Shown here one piece after another: positions 44,544-53,359 of a stretch of 54,552 bases of DNA. The stretch spans positions 1-54,552 of the forward strand of contig JAXDBV010000015.1 in assembly GCA_034678415.1 (NCBI GenBank). The letters are read 5' to 3'. The first letter of the stretch is position 1. The number at the start of each line of letters is the position of its first letter. The translations under genes and the position numbers were made by a program. This stretch comes from Bacteroidales bacterium. GTDB taxonomy: Bacteria; Bacteroidota; Bacteroidia; Bacteroidales; VadinHA17. The notes beneath the pieces were generated by a model, which worked only from the letters and a program-made list of their open reading frames with translations, was not told the origin of the DNA and ran no database searches.

Positions 44544-45362
44544 ATGGATCCCTGGTCAAATATTAATGCTTCTTCTCAGGACACAGAAATTGCTGAAATA
44601 AATCAACTTGAGAATACTTTGGGTGACATCCCTCCCTCCATAAGGAAAATTCGTGAACTGATCACCAGGTTTGAGATCTGCCATTTCAAATACCGGCAAC
44701 ATATACAACACATTCAAACCTCCATCCGCGATCTTGATCCGGCTGCTGATCCTGATACAATTGGCTCGAATCATATCCGCAATGGAGAAAATGCATGGAT
44801 AAATGATAAAACCGGCCGGAGTCTGACCGGCCAGCAATACTTGTGGGGACTATACAACTGGCTCGGCAATACAAACCGGAGGCCATCGACCGAAGGCCAC
44901 AGCCCGGTACTGGAATCAAGAATCTCCACATGGCTGGGGGATAAAACACCTGACAAAGAAAGAATGGTCAGGCTGCTCATCGCAAGATTAACATACGACT
45001 GGGTATCCTACGAAAAGCTGCAACTTTCGGGACAATTCAAAGAACTCGAATACCAGACCTGCAGGATGGACATTTGTCATTATGCTTTCCCCGATCATCT
45101 TGATTCCCTGATTCAGGCTATTGGCAACATGAAACCACATAAAGACCTTGAAGGATGTGGAAGCTTTAATACAGAGATTAAAAATTTTATCACAGAAAAA
45201 TACGCTGAGATCGCCTACTTAATACATGATAAAATAAAAAGCAAAGCCTTCAGCAACCAAAACAAAAATGACCGGTTCAAAACCTGGTTGTATCTATGCC
45301 TGGCCAAGACATTGAAAGAACAGGCAGGCATAACCGAACCGTTACCAGTGACAGATAATTGA
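44544..45362 (+). CDS. Hypothetical protein; no family recognised
   Basis: It is the only long ORF in any frame here (272 aa). It has no signal peptide or TM helix. I recognise no motif. Confidence 0.45.
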   Translation: MDPWSNINASSQDTEIAEINQLENTLGDIPPSIRKIRELITRFEICHFKYRQHIQHIQTSIRDLDPAADPDTIGSNHIRNGENAWINDKTGRSLTGQQYLWGLYNWLGNTNRRPSTEGHSPVLESRISTWLGDKTPDKERMVRLLIARLTYDWVSYEKLQLSGQFKELEYQTCRMDICHYAFPDHLDSLIQAIGNMKPHKDLEGCGSFNTEIKNFITEKYAEIAYLIHDKIKSKAFSNQNKNDRFKTWLYLCLAKTLKEQAGITEPLPVTDN

Positions 45363-45809
45363 ACCAGGCACGACAGCGTTGCATACACAGGTAATGCAGT
45401 GAACAGAATATCTCCGAGTCAGTTCTGTTACTATGATAACAGCATGGACCGAAAATCCGGTCAGGAAAAAACGGAAGCGATATCAGAGTTCCTGGTACAT
45501 GATTCGATGAGCGGCAGTGCTGTATGAACAGGCAAACTGTAAACCATACGGCATGTACCCGGCTGCCCGAAGATAGGTCCTTATCCGGAATTTTTGACTA
45601 ACCTGAGCGATAAGAAGATAAAGATAACTCAACGCACGGCTACATACCGCCGGCCATCCGTGTACGTAAAAAACTCCGGTTGACAGTTAATGATCTGAAT
45701 GCCCCCAATATGGCATCTATTCAGGTATGTATTAACCTGAGCATTAAAACAAACAGTCAATATGTTGAACCCTTAAAGTGTTTACCTGTGGTTAAAAACA
45801 ATTGTTACA

Positions 45810-46247
45810 ATGCTGTTAATTATTCCGCTATTTTCCTGTACCCGCACTGACCATCAGGATATTAAGGACCGGATCATCGCATTGTAGCTGTAAGCCCTTG
45901 AACGGTGGAATAATGGTGATCCTTCCGGTTTCCTGGAATTATCCGCCACCGATATTGTATACTTTGATCCGATGACTGAAAAACAACCGGATGGACATAA
46001 AGCCCTTAGTGAAATGGATGAAAGGGTAACGGGTAAAATACATATTGACAGCATTACCATGCCTGATCCCGTTGTTCAGCCAGGTTCCTACATGGCCGTC
46101 CTCACATACAATATTGTATCATACTCAAACGGCAAGGGATATCAATGGAACTGAAAGGAAGTGTACGGGCGGGAACCCAACCATGAGCGGAAAATTATTC
46201 AAACCCACTGGTCATTGACCAAACCTGAATTGAAACAGAATGAGTAA
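45810..46247 (+). pseudogene. SnoaL/DUF4440-like lipoprotein gene inactivated by three in-frame stops
   Basis: A single frame reads MLLIIPLFSCTRTDHQDIKDRIIAL*L*ALERWNNGDPSGFLELSATDIVYFDP...GKGYQWN*KEVYGREPNHERKIIQTHWSLTKP. The stops are TAG at 45885, TAA at 45891 and TGA at 46152. There is no frameshift. Confidence 0.55.
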
Positions 46248-46376
46248 ATCAATATCTTTTTATCGTGGAACAGGTGGCCTGAAATAGCCTGCTTTTACAG
46301 CCACAAATAAATGATATAACAGGAATTTCTATCTTTAACGATTACAACATCCTGTTTATTAAAACAGAAAATCAAT

Positions 46377-47138
46377 ATGACTGACATACAGATAGTAGAT
46401 CTTACTCCCGGGAATATAGCGGATTATGGGGTTTGCGGCTATAAAGATGTGAAAAAACACCTTGCATTAAGAAGAAAGATTGAATGGTTTAAAGAGTATT
46501 ACCCCAAAGGACTCAGGATAAAAGCGATTATTTCAAAGACGGGCGGTTATCAAGGTATGCTGGAGTATATCCCCGGCAAGTATGCTCACCGCCCGGTAGA
46601 TGCACACGGGTACATGTTTATTCACTGCATTTTTGTCGGGTTTAAAAACGAGTTTAAAGGGAAGGGCTATGCCTCCTCCCTGATTGATGCATGTATCAGG
46701 GATGCACAAGAGTTGAACATGCATGGCGTTGCTGTCGTTACCCGGGAAGGATCATTCATGGTAAAAAAGGATATTTTCCTGAAAAAAGGATTCGCCGTAG
46801 CCGACAGGTCAGAACCCGACTTTGAACTAATGGTCCTGAAGTTTTCCCGGAATGCTCCTGATCCAAGGTTTATCATTATGCCAGCCGATGATTATCCCGA
46901 CGGATTGACGGTTATCCGTTCAGCCCAGTGTCCTTACTCTGTAAAAAACGTTGATGCGATTTTAAAGACCGCCGGGAAAATGGGCATTAAAACCCGCCTG
47001 ATAGAAGTAAAAGATGCTCTTTCGGCACAAAAGACACCTTGTGCCTTTGGAACATTCTGTATTATTTACAATAAGAAGATCATCAGCCATCACCCCATTA
47101 GTAATGCAAGGTTTGAGAACATTATGTCAAAAATGTAA
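46377..47138 (+). CDS. GNAT N-acetyltransferase fused to a YoaP-like C-terminal domain
   Basis: GNAT motif A region FVGFKNEFKGKGYASSLIDACIRDAQ. C-terminal CPYSVKNVD...TPCAFGTFCIIYNKKIISHHPIS is typical of YoaP-like domains. Confidence 0.78.
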   Translation: MTDIQIVDLTPGNIADYGVCGYKDVKKHLALRRKIEWFKEYYPKGLRIKAIISKTGGYQGMLEYIPGKYAHRPVDAHGYMFIHCIFVGFKNEFKGKGYASSLIDACIRDAQELNMHGVAVVTREGSFMVKKDIFLKKGFAVADRSEPDFELMVLKFSRNAPDPRFIIMPADDYPDGLTVIRSAQCPYSVKNVDAILKTAGKMGIKTRLIEVKDALSAQKTPCAFGTFCIIYNKKIISHHPISNARFENIMSKM

Positions 47139-47566
47139 TCTTTACCTGCAGGATATAAAGTACTAAAAACGGAATGGTTAACCGCTTCCCACGAACGGTA
47201 ATACAGGCAGGCTTTCTGTGCTTCTAGTCTTCGTAATCCGGTTGATTAACCGTCATGCGACAGCGCAGTGGAATTTTATCTCCTGAACCAGCCTTGAATA
47301 CTATTATTTTACCAATGGATCGTTTTCAATTTTGCATTGTGTTGCCCGGACCCGTCAGGAGCGATACGCAGAAGACAAAATCACCCATTATGTTTCCTTC
47401 CTTTTACCCGTCTGCTGTCATTGATCAGGAATATGCGGGGATATCATTGCGGTCCGGGAACTGAACACAAAACCGGTTTGATTGTTTATAAACTACTGAT
47501 TCGTACAATAATAAGGGAAAAAACTCTTATTAAAGCCGAACAACCTGTTTTCTTAACAATACAACC

Positions 47567-48139
47567 ATGTCAAACCATAAGACACATAAAGAGTTATTAC
47601 CGGGGCAACGGGAAGAGCTGCTCCGGACGTTACAGTCGCGTTTTGAGAAAAACATGAGCCGACATAAAGGTCTCACATGGGCAAAGGTACAAGCACGGCT
47701 GGAAAGTAATTCGGAAAAACTATGGTCCCTCTATGAGATGGAAAAGACAGGTGGGGAGCCTGATGTTGTCGGTCATGATCAAAAGACGGGCGGTTACATC
47801 TTTTATGATTGCTCGGCAGAAAGTCCGGAAGGCCGTAGAAATGTTTGTTACGACCGTGAGGGGCAGGAATCAAGGAAAGAAAACAAACCGGGAAACAACG
47901 CGGTGGATATGGCAGCTGCCATGGGCATAGAGCTACTGACAGAAGAACAATACCGGGGGTTGCAGCGGCTTGGTAATTTCGACACCAGAACATCGAGCTG
48001 GGTGAAAACGCCTGCCGATATAAGGGCTCGTGGCGGTGCACTCTTTGCTGACCGCCGCTACGGCCAGGTCTTCGTGTATCACAACAGCGCCCCATCATAC
48101 TATGGAGCCAGGGGGTTCCGCGGCTCGCTTACAGTTTAA
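47567..48139 (+). CDS. DUF4256 domain protein
   Basis: Near full-length resemblance to the DUF4256 consensus as I remember it (RFEKNMSRHKGLTWAKVQARLE, TGGEPDVVG, YDCSAESPEGRR, AAAMGIELLTEEQYR, FVYHNSAPSYYGARGFRGSL). Confidence 0.85.
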   Translation: MSNHKTHKELLPGQREELLRTLQSRFEKNMSRHKGLTWAKVQARLESNSEKLWSLYEMEKTGGEPDVVGHDQKTGGYIFYDCSAESPEGRRNVCYDREGQESRKENKPGNNAVDMAAAMGIELLTEEQYRGLQRLGNFDTRTSSWVKTPADIRARGGALFADRRYGQVFVYHNSAPSYYGARGFRGSLTV

Positions 48140-48377
48140 AAACGGACCTTACCGTTGGCAATCCATTAATGCAAGGGTATTCTTTACCCATTGTAACGGT
48201 GACATAATCACCTGTTCCGGCTTGACCGGGCAGTGATGTAGGGATTTTTTTACCTTTACGGGAACTGACCGGTACCATGGCACAACAGTGCTCCGGAATT
48301 ACCGGATTATCTTTTGCAGGACGACAGTGGCCGGTGATATACAGCATGAAATGTTTGATTTAACAGACGGGGTCCAT

Positions 48378-49403
48378 ATGAAAGTAAATAAAGTTCTTAA
48401 GATTGTATTATTGTCTTATTATACACTGCATGCCATACCTGCCATGGCACAGGAAAACCTGTTGAACACCCTCGAGGCGCCGGTTATTTTCAAAGGCAAT
48501 GACACCACGGCTTATCGTGATCCGGCAATTTTATACTTCAACAAGACGTTTTACCTGTTTTTTACCCTGGTTAGGGCAGAGGAGGGATTCATTTACTCTT
48601 ACACTGCCTGTAGCAAGTCAAAGGATTTGAGACACTGGAACCCTCCCGTAATCATTACTGCCAGGGACCAGGCTTTGAACTACAGCAGCCCGGGGAATGT
48701 GATCCGTTATAACGACGAGTGGATCCTGTGCCTGCAGTCCTATCCCAGGCCAGGGTTGAAGAGTACCGATAAAACCCGGTACGGATCAGCCGATGCCCGG
48801 GTATTTATTATGCGAAGCAAAGATCTTGAACGCTGGAGTGAGCCAGAGTTGTTAAAAGTAAAAGGTCCGGATGTGAAAGAAGCCGATATGGGCAGGATGA
48901 TCGATCCTTATCTTACGGAAGACAAGGATGAAAAAGGAAAGTGGTGGTGCTTATACAAACAAAACGGGGTAAGCATGTCATACAGCTATGATTTGAAAAA
49001 CTGGACCTTTGTTGGCCACACGGAATCAGGAGAAAATGTATCGGTATTAAAAGAAAATGATGAATATGTTCTTTTTCATTCTCCTGCGAACGGCATAGCA
49101 ATAAAACGATCATCAAACCTTGTTGACTGGACTGATTGGGGAGAGCTCATCACCCTGGGACAAAACGAATGGGAATGGGCAAAAGGAAGAATAACTGCGG
49201 GTACTGTCATTGATCTGAGAGAATTCCCGGAATACGGGAAATATGTTATGTTTTTTCACGGTTCAGGGCCAGGATCCGAAAAAGAAGATTTTGACAAAAA
49301 CGCCTCGATAGGGATTGCCTGGAGCGATGATCTGGTTCATTGGGACTGGCCTGGGAAAATACCGGATGAGAGTTGTATATCCCTGGAAAAACAAGAACAA
49401 TGA
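48378..49403 (+). CDS. Secreted five-bladed beta-propeller glycoside hydrolase-like protein (GH43 clan)
   Basis: Signal MKVNKVLKIVLLSYYTLHAIPAMAQ. Blade-like strings YRDPAILYFNKTFYLFFT, SPGNVIRYNDEWILCLQ, MRSKDLERWSEP, MIDPYL...KWWCLYK and IAWSDDLVHWDWPG. The family assignment is approximate. Confidence 0.55.
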   Translation: MKVNKVLKIVLLSYYTLHAIPAMAQENLLNTLEAPVIFKGNDTTAYRDPAILYFNKTFYLFFTLVRAEEGFIYSYTACSKSKDLRHWNPPVIITARDQALNYSSPGNVIRYNDEWILCLQSYPRPGLKSTDKTRYGSADARVFIMRSKDLERWSEPELLKVKGPDVKEADMGRMIDPYLTEDKDEKGKWWCLYKQNGVSMSYSYDLKNWTFVGHTESGENVSVLKENDEYVLFHSPANGIAIKRSSNLVDWTDWGELITLGQNEWEWAKGRITAGTVIDLREFPEYGKYVMFFHGSGPGSEKEDFDKNASIGIAWSDDLVHWDWPGKIPDESCISLEKQEQ

Positions 49404-49429
49404 ATCAGGTAGTTGCAGCTTTGAAGTGA

Positions 49430-49805
49430 TACACGTTATTTCTTAAACAACCTGTATCTGCCGTTTCAATGCCCGGGGCAGATAATTTTCACGGACAGGA
49501 ATCTTTTCGCGTGCTGTCCACGTTTTTGATTCATCATAATACGAAAACCGGCCTTTCGCTTGTTTCTGATCATAATGGCTGGTGACCTTCCGTGGAAGGA
49601 AATTCATTTCCATGATTTCATGTGTACCAATGCCGGCCGGTTAATAATCCTGAATAGTAAAAATTCAGTGGTTGCTGATACTGCTATTGAATATTTGCAG
49701 CAACTTCATGATGCAAGCATCCTGTACCCGGTGTCTGAAGATTCCGTACATCAATGGTTTGAGAAGATCATAAGCCGGCTGTCACTTCCTGTTACATCCC
49801 ATTGA
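49430..49805 (+). pseudogene. Possible tyrosine-recombinase (integrase) relic
   Basis: Two adjacent frames read ...SFRVLSTFLIHHNTKTGLSLVSDHNGW* and ...KEIHFHDFMCTNAGRLII...EYLQQLHDASILYPVSED. These loosely resemble the R...KT and HxxRHT...LGH...Y blocks of integrases, with key residues lost. Confidence 0.3.
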
Positions 49806-49916
49806 CTCCAGTCTTTTATGGCACAGGTATTCGCCCGAAAACGGGAAAAACAATTTTCCCGTAGCTATTGATTATTTGATTTTTCAGATGCACTTTTGGT
49901 CATGATTCTGTTCCTG

Positions 49917-50837
49917 ATGAACAAGTATCAGAAAGAATATATCTACCGGATCAACAAGGTGATTGACTATATCGAGCATAACCTTGACGGGGAACTGACG
50001 CTGGAAAGGGTATCGGGAGTGGCCAATTTTTCGCCGTTCCATTTTCATCGCATTTTTTCTGCTTTCATGGGAGAGACGCTGAGCGATTATATCAAGCGCA
50101 AACGGATTGAAAAGGCCGCCAGCTTATTGATCAGTGAGCCCGACAAATCCATAACGGAAGTAGCTGTGCATTGCGGTTTCAACAGTCTGGCAGTCTTTTG
50201 CAGGAATTTCAGGGATCATTTTCACACCACAGCACAGGAATTCCGGTCCTCGTGGAAGGATCATTTTAGCAAGAATCATCAAGTGAAAAGCAACATTAAT
50301 AAACTGAAATCAGTCTCCCCTGCCTATGTTAGTGATCATTATTCATCACAAAACAGGAGGTTTATTATGAAGAAAAACATTGAGATCAGGGAAATGCCGG
50401 CCATGGATGTCATTTATTGCCGGCACACAGGCAGGTTCAACCTGATTGGCACGGCGTACAATAAGTTATTCAAGTGGGCAGGCCCGCGGGGATTGCTTTC
50501 GCCCGGGATGAAATGCATCACCATGTACCACGATGATCCCAAGATCACCGCCATTGACAAGGTCAGACAAAGTGCCTGTATTGTTATCAATAAGGAAGTT
50601 AAGACAGAGGGAGAGATAGGCAGGATGCTGATCACGGGTGGAAAGTATGTTGTCGGTCATTTTGAAATCACGGACACTGAATTCCAGGATGCATGGGATT
50701 CGGTTTGCTTGTGGCTGTCGGAGAGTGGTTATCAGCCCGAGGATAAAAACCCTTATGAGCTGTACCATAACAACCACGAAGAGCATCCTGAAAATAAATT
50801 CATCGTCGATATTTGTATTCCTGTTAAACGGCTGTGA
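49917..50837 (+). CDS. AraC-family transcriptional regulator with a GyrI-like effector-binding domain
   Basis: HTH region SPFHFHRIFSAFMGETLSDYIKRKRIEKAASLL...VAVHCGFNSLAVFCRNFRDHF. The C-terminal GyrI-like half runs IEIREMPAMDVIY...YELYHNN. The start could be 49902 or 49917. Confidence 0.85.
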   Translation: MNKYQKEYIYRINKVIDYIEHNLDGELTLERVSGVANFSPFHFHRIFSAFMGETLSDYIKRKRIEKAASLLISEPDKSITEVAVHCGFNSLAVFCRNFRDHFHTTAQEFRSSWKDHFSKNHQVKSNINKLKSVSPAYVSDHYSSQNRRFIMKKNIEIREMPAMDVIYCRHTGRFNLIGTAYNKLFKWAGPRGLLSPGMKCITMYHDDPKITAIDKVRQSACIVINKEVKTEGEIGRMLITGGKYVVGHFEITDTEFQDAWDSVCLWLSESGYQPEDKNPYELYHNNHEEHPENKFIVDICIPVKRL

Positions 50838-51281
50838 AATAAGGCTGTCTTTTATAACCGGTCCAACCACTTTTTCTCCTCATCTGCTGGCTGTTTAATA
50901 CAGATCGACGTTGCAAGCATCAGGCGGACAGCGGCCGTCACTCCTTATCACGGCTGTCCGTTCCGCCGTGCATATCAGGACCGTACCCTGTACTGTCCGG
51001 CTTTTTTTCTTTCCTGGCACTGAACAGAATCCCCTTGCCGGGCGTTTATAATGATCGGGCGCCGGTATCAAGGGTATTTCCAAATATCATCCGTACCTGC
51101 CCCGGGTTAAAAATCTATTATCTCTTCGTTGCCGTGATGACGTAAATATTTCCAGGAAGTCCTCATGGCAGGTAAAGGTGTATGCATTTTGCGGTAAGAA
51201 CTAAAAAAATGCCGAAAATAAACCGTTAAAATTTTTATCTTCCCTATGTTTTTTATCTTAAGTAATCTAATCGTGTAATAT

Positions 51282-52145
51282 ATGGACACAAAAACCCTAA
51301 AGGTAGTTTTATCGGCCCAGAGGACTGAGCTGACAGAGCATTTTATTTATCTCCGTCTGGCCGAACGGTGCAGTGATCCGAAGAATGCCGGGGTTTTACG
51401 AAAGATTGGCGAACAGGAGCTGAATCATGCCCGTTTCTGGGAGACAAAGACAGGGGTGAAAGTCAGTCCTGACAGATTCAGGATAACCCGTACGGTATTT
51501 TTTGCCCGTATTCTCGGCCTGACATTTGTTCTCAAGCTGATGGAGAAGAGAGAGGGCACCGGTTCGAAGCTTTACAAACAGCTGGCATTGTCGTTTCCCG
51601 AAGCCGGTAACTTCGCGTTGGAGGAGAGTCAGCACGAGAGCAACATCCTGGGGATGCTCGACGAGGAGAGGCTCAGGTATGTAGGGTCCATTGTTCTTGG
51701 GCTGAACGATGCCCTGGTAGAGCTGACAGGAGCGCTGGCAGGCTTCACCCTTGCCCTGGGTGACACACGGCTGATATCCCTGGCGGGGCTCGTAACCGGT
51801 ATCTCCGCCTCCATGTCAATGGCCGCATCCGATTACCTGTCTTCCCGTGCTGAAGGCGATCCCCGGGCCAGAAAATCTGCAGTGTATACCGGCATCTCAT
51901 ACCTCTTTACCGTTATTCTCCTCATCCTGCCCTTCCTCCTGCTTTCCGGTAAATTCATTGCCCTGGGAATAACCCTGGCCACCGCCGTGTTCATCATCTT
52001 TTGCTTTAACTACTACCTGTCGGTGGCTAAGGATCTGAATTTCAGGAACCGCTTCGCGGAAATGACCCTGATAAGCCTCGGGGTGGCTATGTTGTCATTC
52101 TTTATCGGATATGTACTGAAATCGGTTCTCGGCGTGGAAGTCTGA
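51282..52145 (+). CDS. VIT1/CCC1-family iron/manganese transporter with an N-terminal ferritin-like domain
   Basis: N-terminal ERxxH-type ferritin-like helices (TEHFIYLRLAE, EQELNHARFWE). C-terminal VIT1 membrane domain (GSIVLGLNDALVELTGALAG, several TM helices). Confidence 0.82.
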   Translation: MDTKTLKVVLSAQRTELTEHFIYLRLAERCSDPKNAGVLRKIGEQELNHARFWETKTGVKVSPDRFRITRTVFFARILGLTFVLKLMEKREGTGSKLYKQLALSFPEAGNFALEESQHESNILGMLDEERLRYVGSIVLGLNDALVELTGALAGFTLALGDTRLISLAGLVTGISASMSMAASDYLSSRAEGDPRARKSAVYTGISYLFTVILLILPFLLLSGKFIALGITLATAVFIIFCFNYYLSVAKDLNFRNRFAEMTLISLGVAMLSFFIGYVLKSVLGVEV

Positions 52146-52378
52146 CGGGAAAATATCGACGTTCCCTCTGTACGCAAATTAAATACCTGACAAACAACAC
52201 CTATATGGGCGGTGAGAGACCAGCTTCCAAACATCCGTGCATGGTGATTCCTGAACTGGTACATATTTTAATTCCGGGCATTTTATTCTATTTTTACTCT
52301 TAAGACGGATACCGGCGAAGGGTTTATGTTCCGCTGCGGTTATGCTGTTGAACGGCTGATATTGAAAGCCAGGCAAAT

Positions 52379-53149
52379 ATGAAACAAACAATTACTCTGT
52401 GGTTGTTGCTGTACAGCGGCTGTCTATGGTGCCAGGAGAGATATGTTACCATCGATGATCAGGAGTACCGTATCAGGGACCTTGGCAGTGGTCAGGTAAC
52501 GGTTGTATTTGAGAACGGCATGTCTGACAGCCTTGAAGTCTGGGGCGCCATACCAGACTTAGTGGCAGCAAAGGCGAGGATTTTCCAGTACGACAGGGCT
52601 GATATAGGGAAATCGGGCTTGTCGCAAAATCAAAGAACCATACCCAACATGGTACGGGAGTTACGGGGTATTTTAGAGGATCAGCACATCTGTCCGCCCT
52701 ATGTGCTTGTCGGGCATTCCATGGGCGGGCTTATTGTACGGTACTTTGCCTCTCATTATCCCGGTGAGGTAAAAGGAATGTTGCTCCTTGATCCTGTCCC
52801 TGAATCATTCTGGAAAACAATGAATAAACAGGAATACAATGAATACTTCAAAGGAGGGAATGAATGGTATGAAACAAGATTCAAGCCCCAATACCGGAAG
52901 GAGTGGTATGCATTTCAATCCAATTTAGGTTACATGGACAGCCTGACGGTTCGCGGGTCATTGCCGGTCATCCTTGTTTCCTCCTCCTCGTGGAAGTGGT
53001 ACAAATATCATAAGGATATTGCGGCAAAATATGAGAATGCAAAGCATTTCGAGCTTGAGGGGGAACATCACATTTTCAAAAACCACCCGAATTTCGTTGT
53101 GAGATGCATCCTGGAACTCCTGGGAAGTAATGATCCGGAAATCCTGTAG
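52379..53149 (+). CDS. Secreted alpha/beta hydrolase
   Basis: Signal MKQTITLWLLLYSGCLW. Nucleophile elbow VGHSMGG. C-terminal His in EGEHHIF. Confidence 0.8.
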   Translation: MKQTITLWLLLYSGCLWCQERYVTIDDQEYRIRDLGSGQVTVVFENGMSDSLEVWGAIPDLVAAKARIFQYDRADIGKSGLSQNQRTIPNMVRELRGILEDQHICPPYVLVGHSMGGLIVRYFASHYPGEVKGMLLLDPVPESFWKTMNKQEYNEYFKGGNEWYETRFKPQYRKEWYAFQSNLGYMDSLTVRGSLPVILVSSSSWKWYKYHKDIAAKYENAKHFELEGEHHIFKNHPNFVVRCILELLGSNDPEIL

Positions 53150-53359
53150 TGGTCAGGATCAAATCAATAATAATGGCCGGGTGACTGAAGAAGGCCATAC
53201 CCGGGCAAACCGTCCATGTTGCTCACGGTGCATGGACCTTCCGGCTGTGCATCTGTATTCAATCCTGTATCGTTCCGGGAACAGCATGGTAATCAAATAA
53301 AAATGATTTGCAGAATGGAAACGTAAGCGTATATTTACCTCATCCATAAAACGACACTC

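Larger units (their letters stand above)
34600..50850. other. Low-G+C accessory segment, possibly a decayed genomic island
   Basis: Hand counts give 18/60 G+C at 35341-35400, 23/60 at 41401-41460 and 25/60 at 43201-43260. Core lines give 41/60 at 10501-10560 and 37/60 at 27001-27060. All genes are on the plus strand, intergenic gaps are long, and there are at least four decayed genes. The boundaries are approximate. Confidence 0.5.

Noticed and set aside
42146-46247. Stop-codon reassignment (alternative genetic code or recoded phage-like DNA) as an explanation for the in-frame stops in the MNT and DUF4440 genes
   Set aside because: All three stop codons, including TAA, occur in-frame. The MNT remnant is also truncated and diverged. 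Neighbouring intact genes end normally with TAA/TGA/TAG at family-typical lengths. Pseudogenisation is the simpler explanation.
53150-53359. ZTP (pfl) riboswitch upstream of the PurC-like gene
   Set aside because: GGGTGACTG and ACCCGGG vaguely recall the ZTP core. However, the conserved GGCG / CCGCCTGGGC pseudoknot partners, as I remember them, are absent (the leader has CTGAAG and ACCGTCCATG instead). A covariance-model scan would be decisive.
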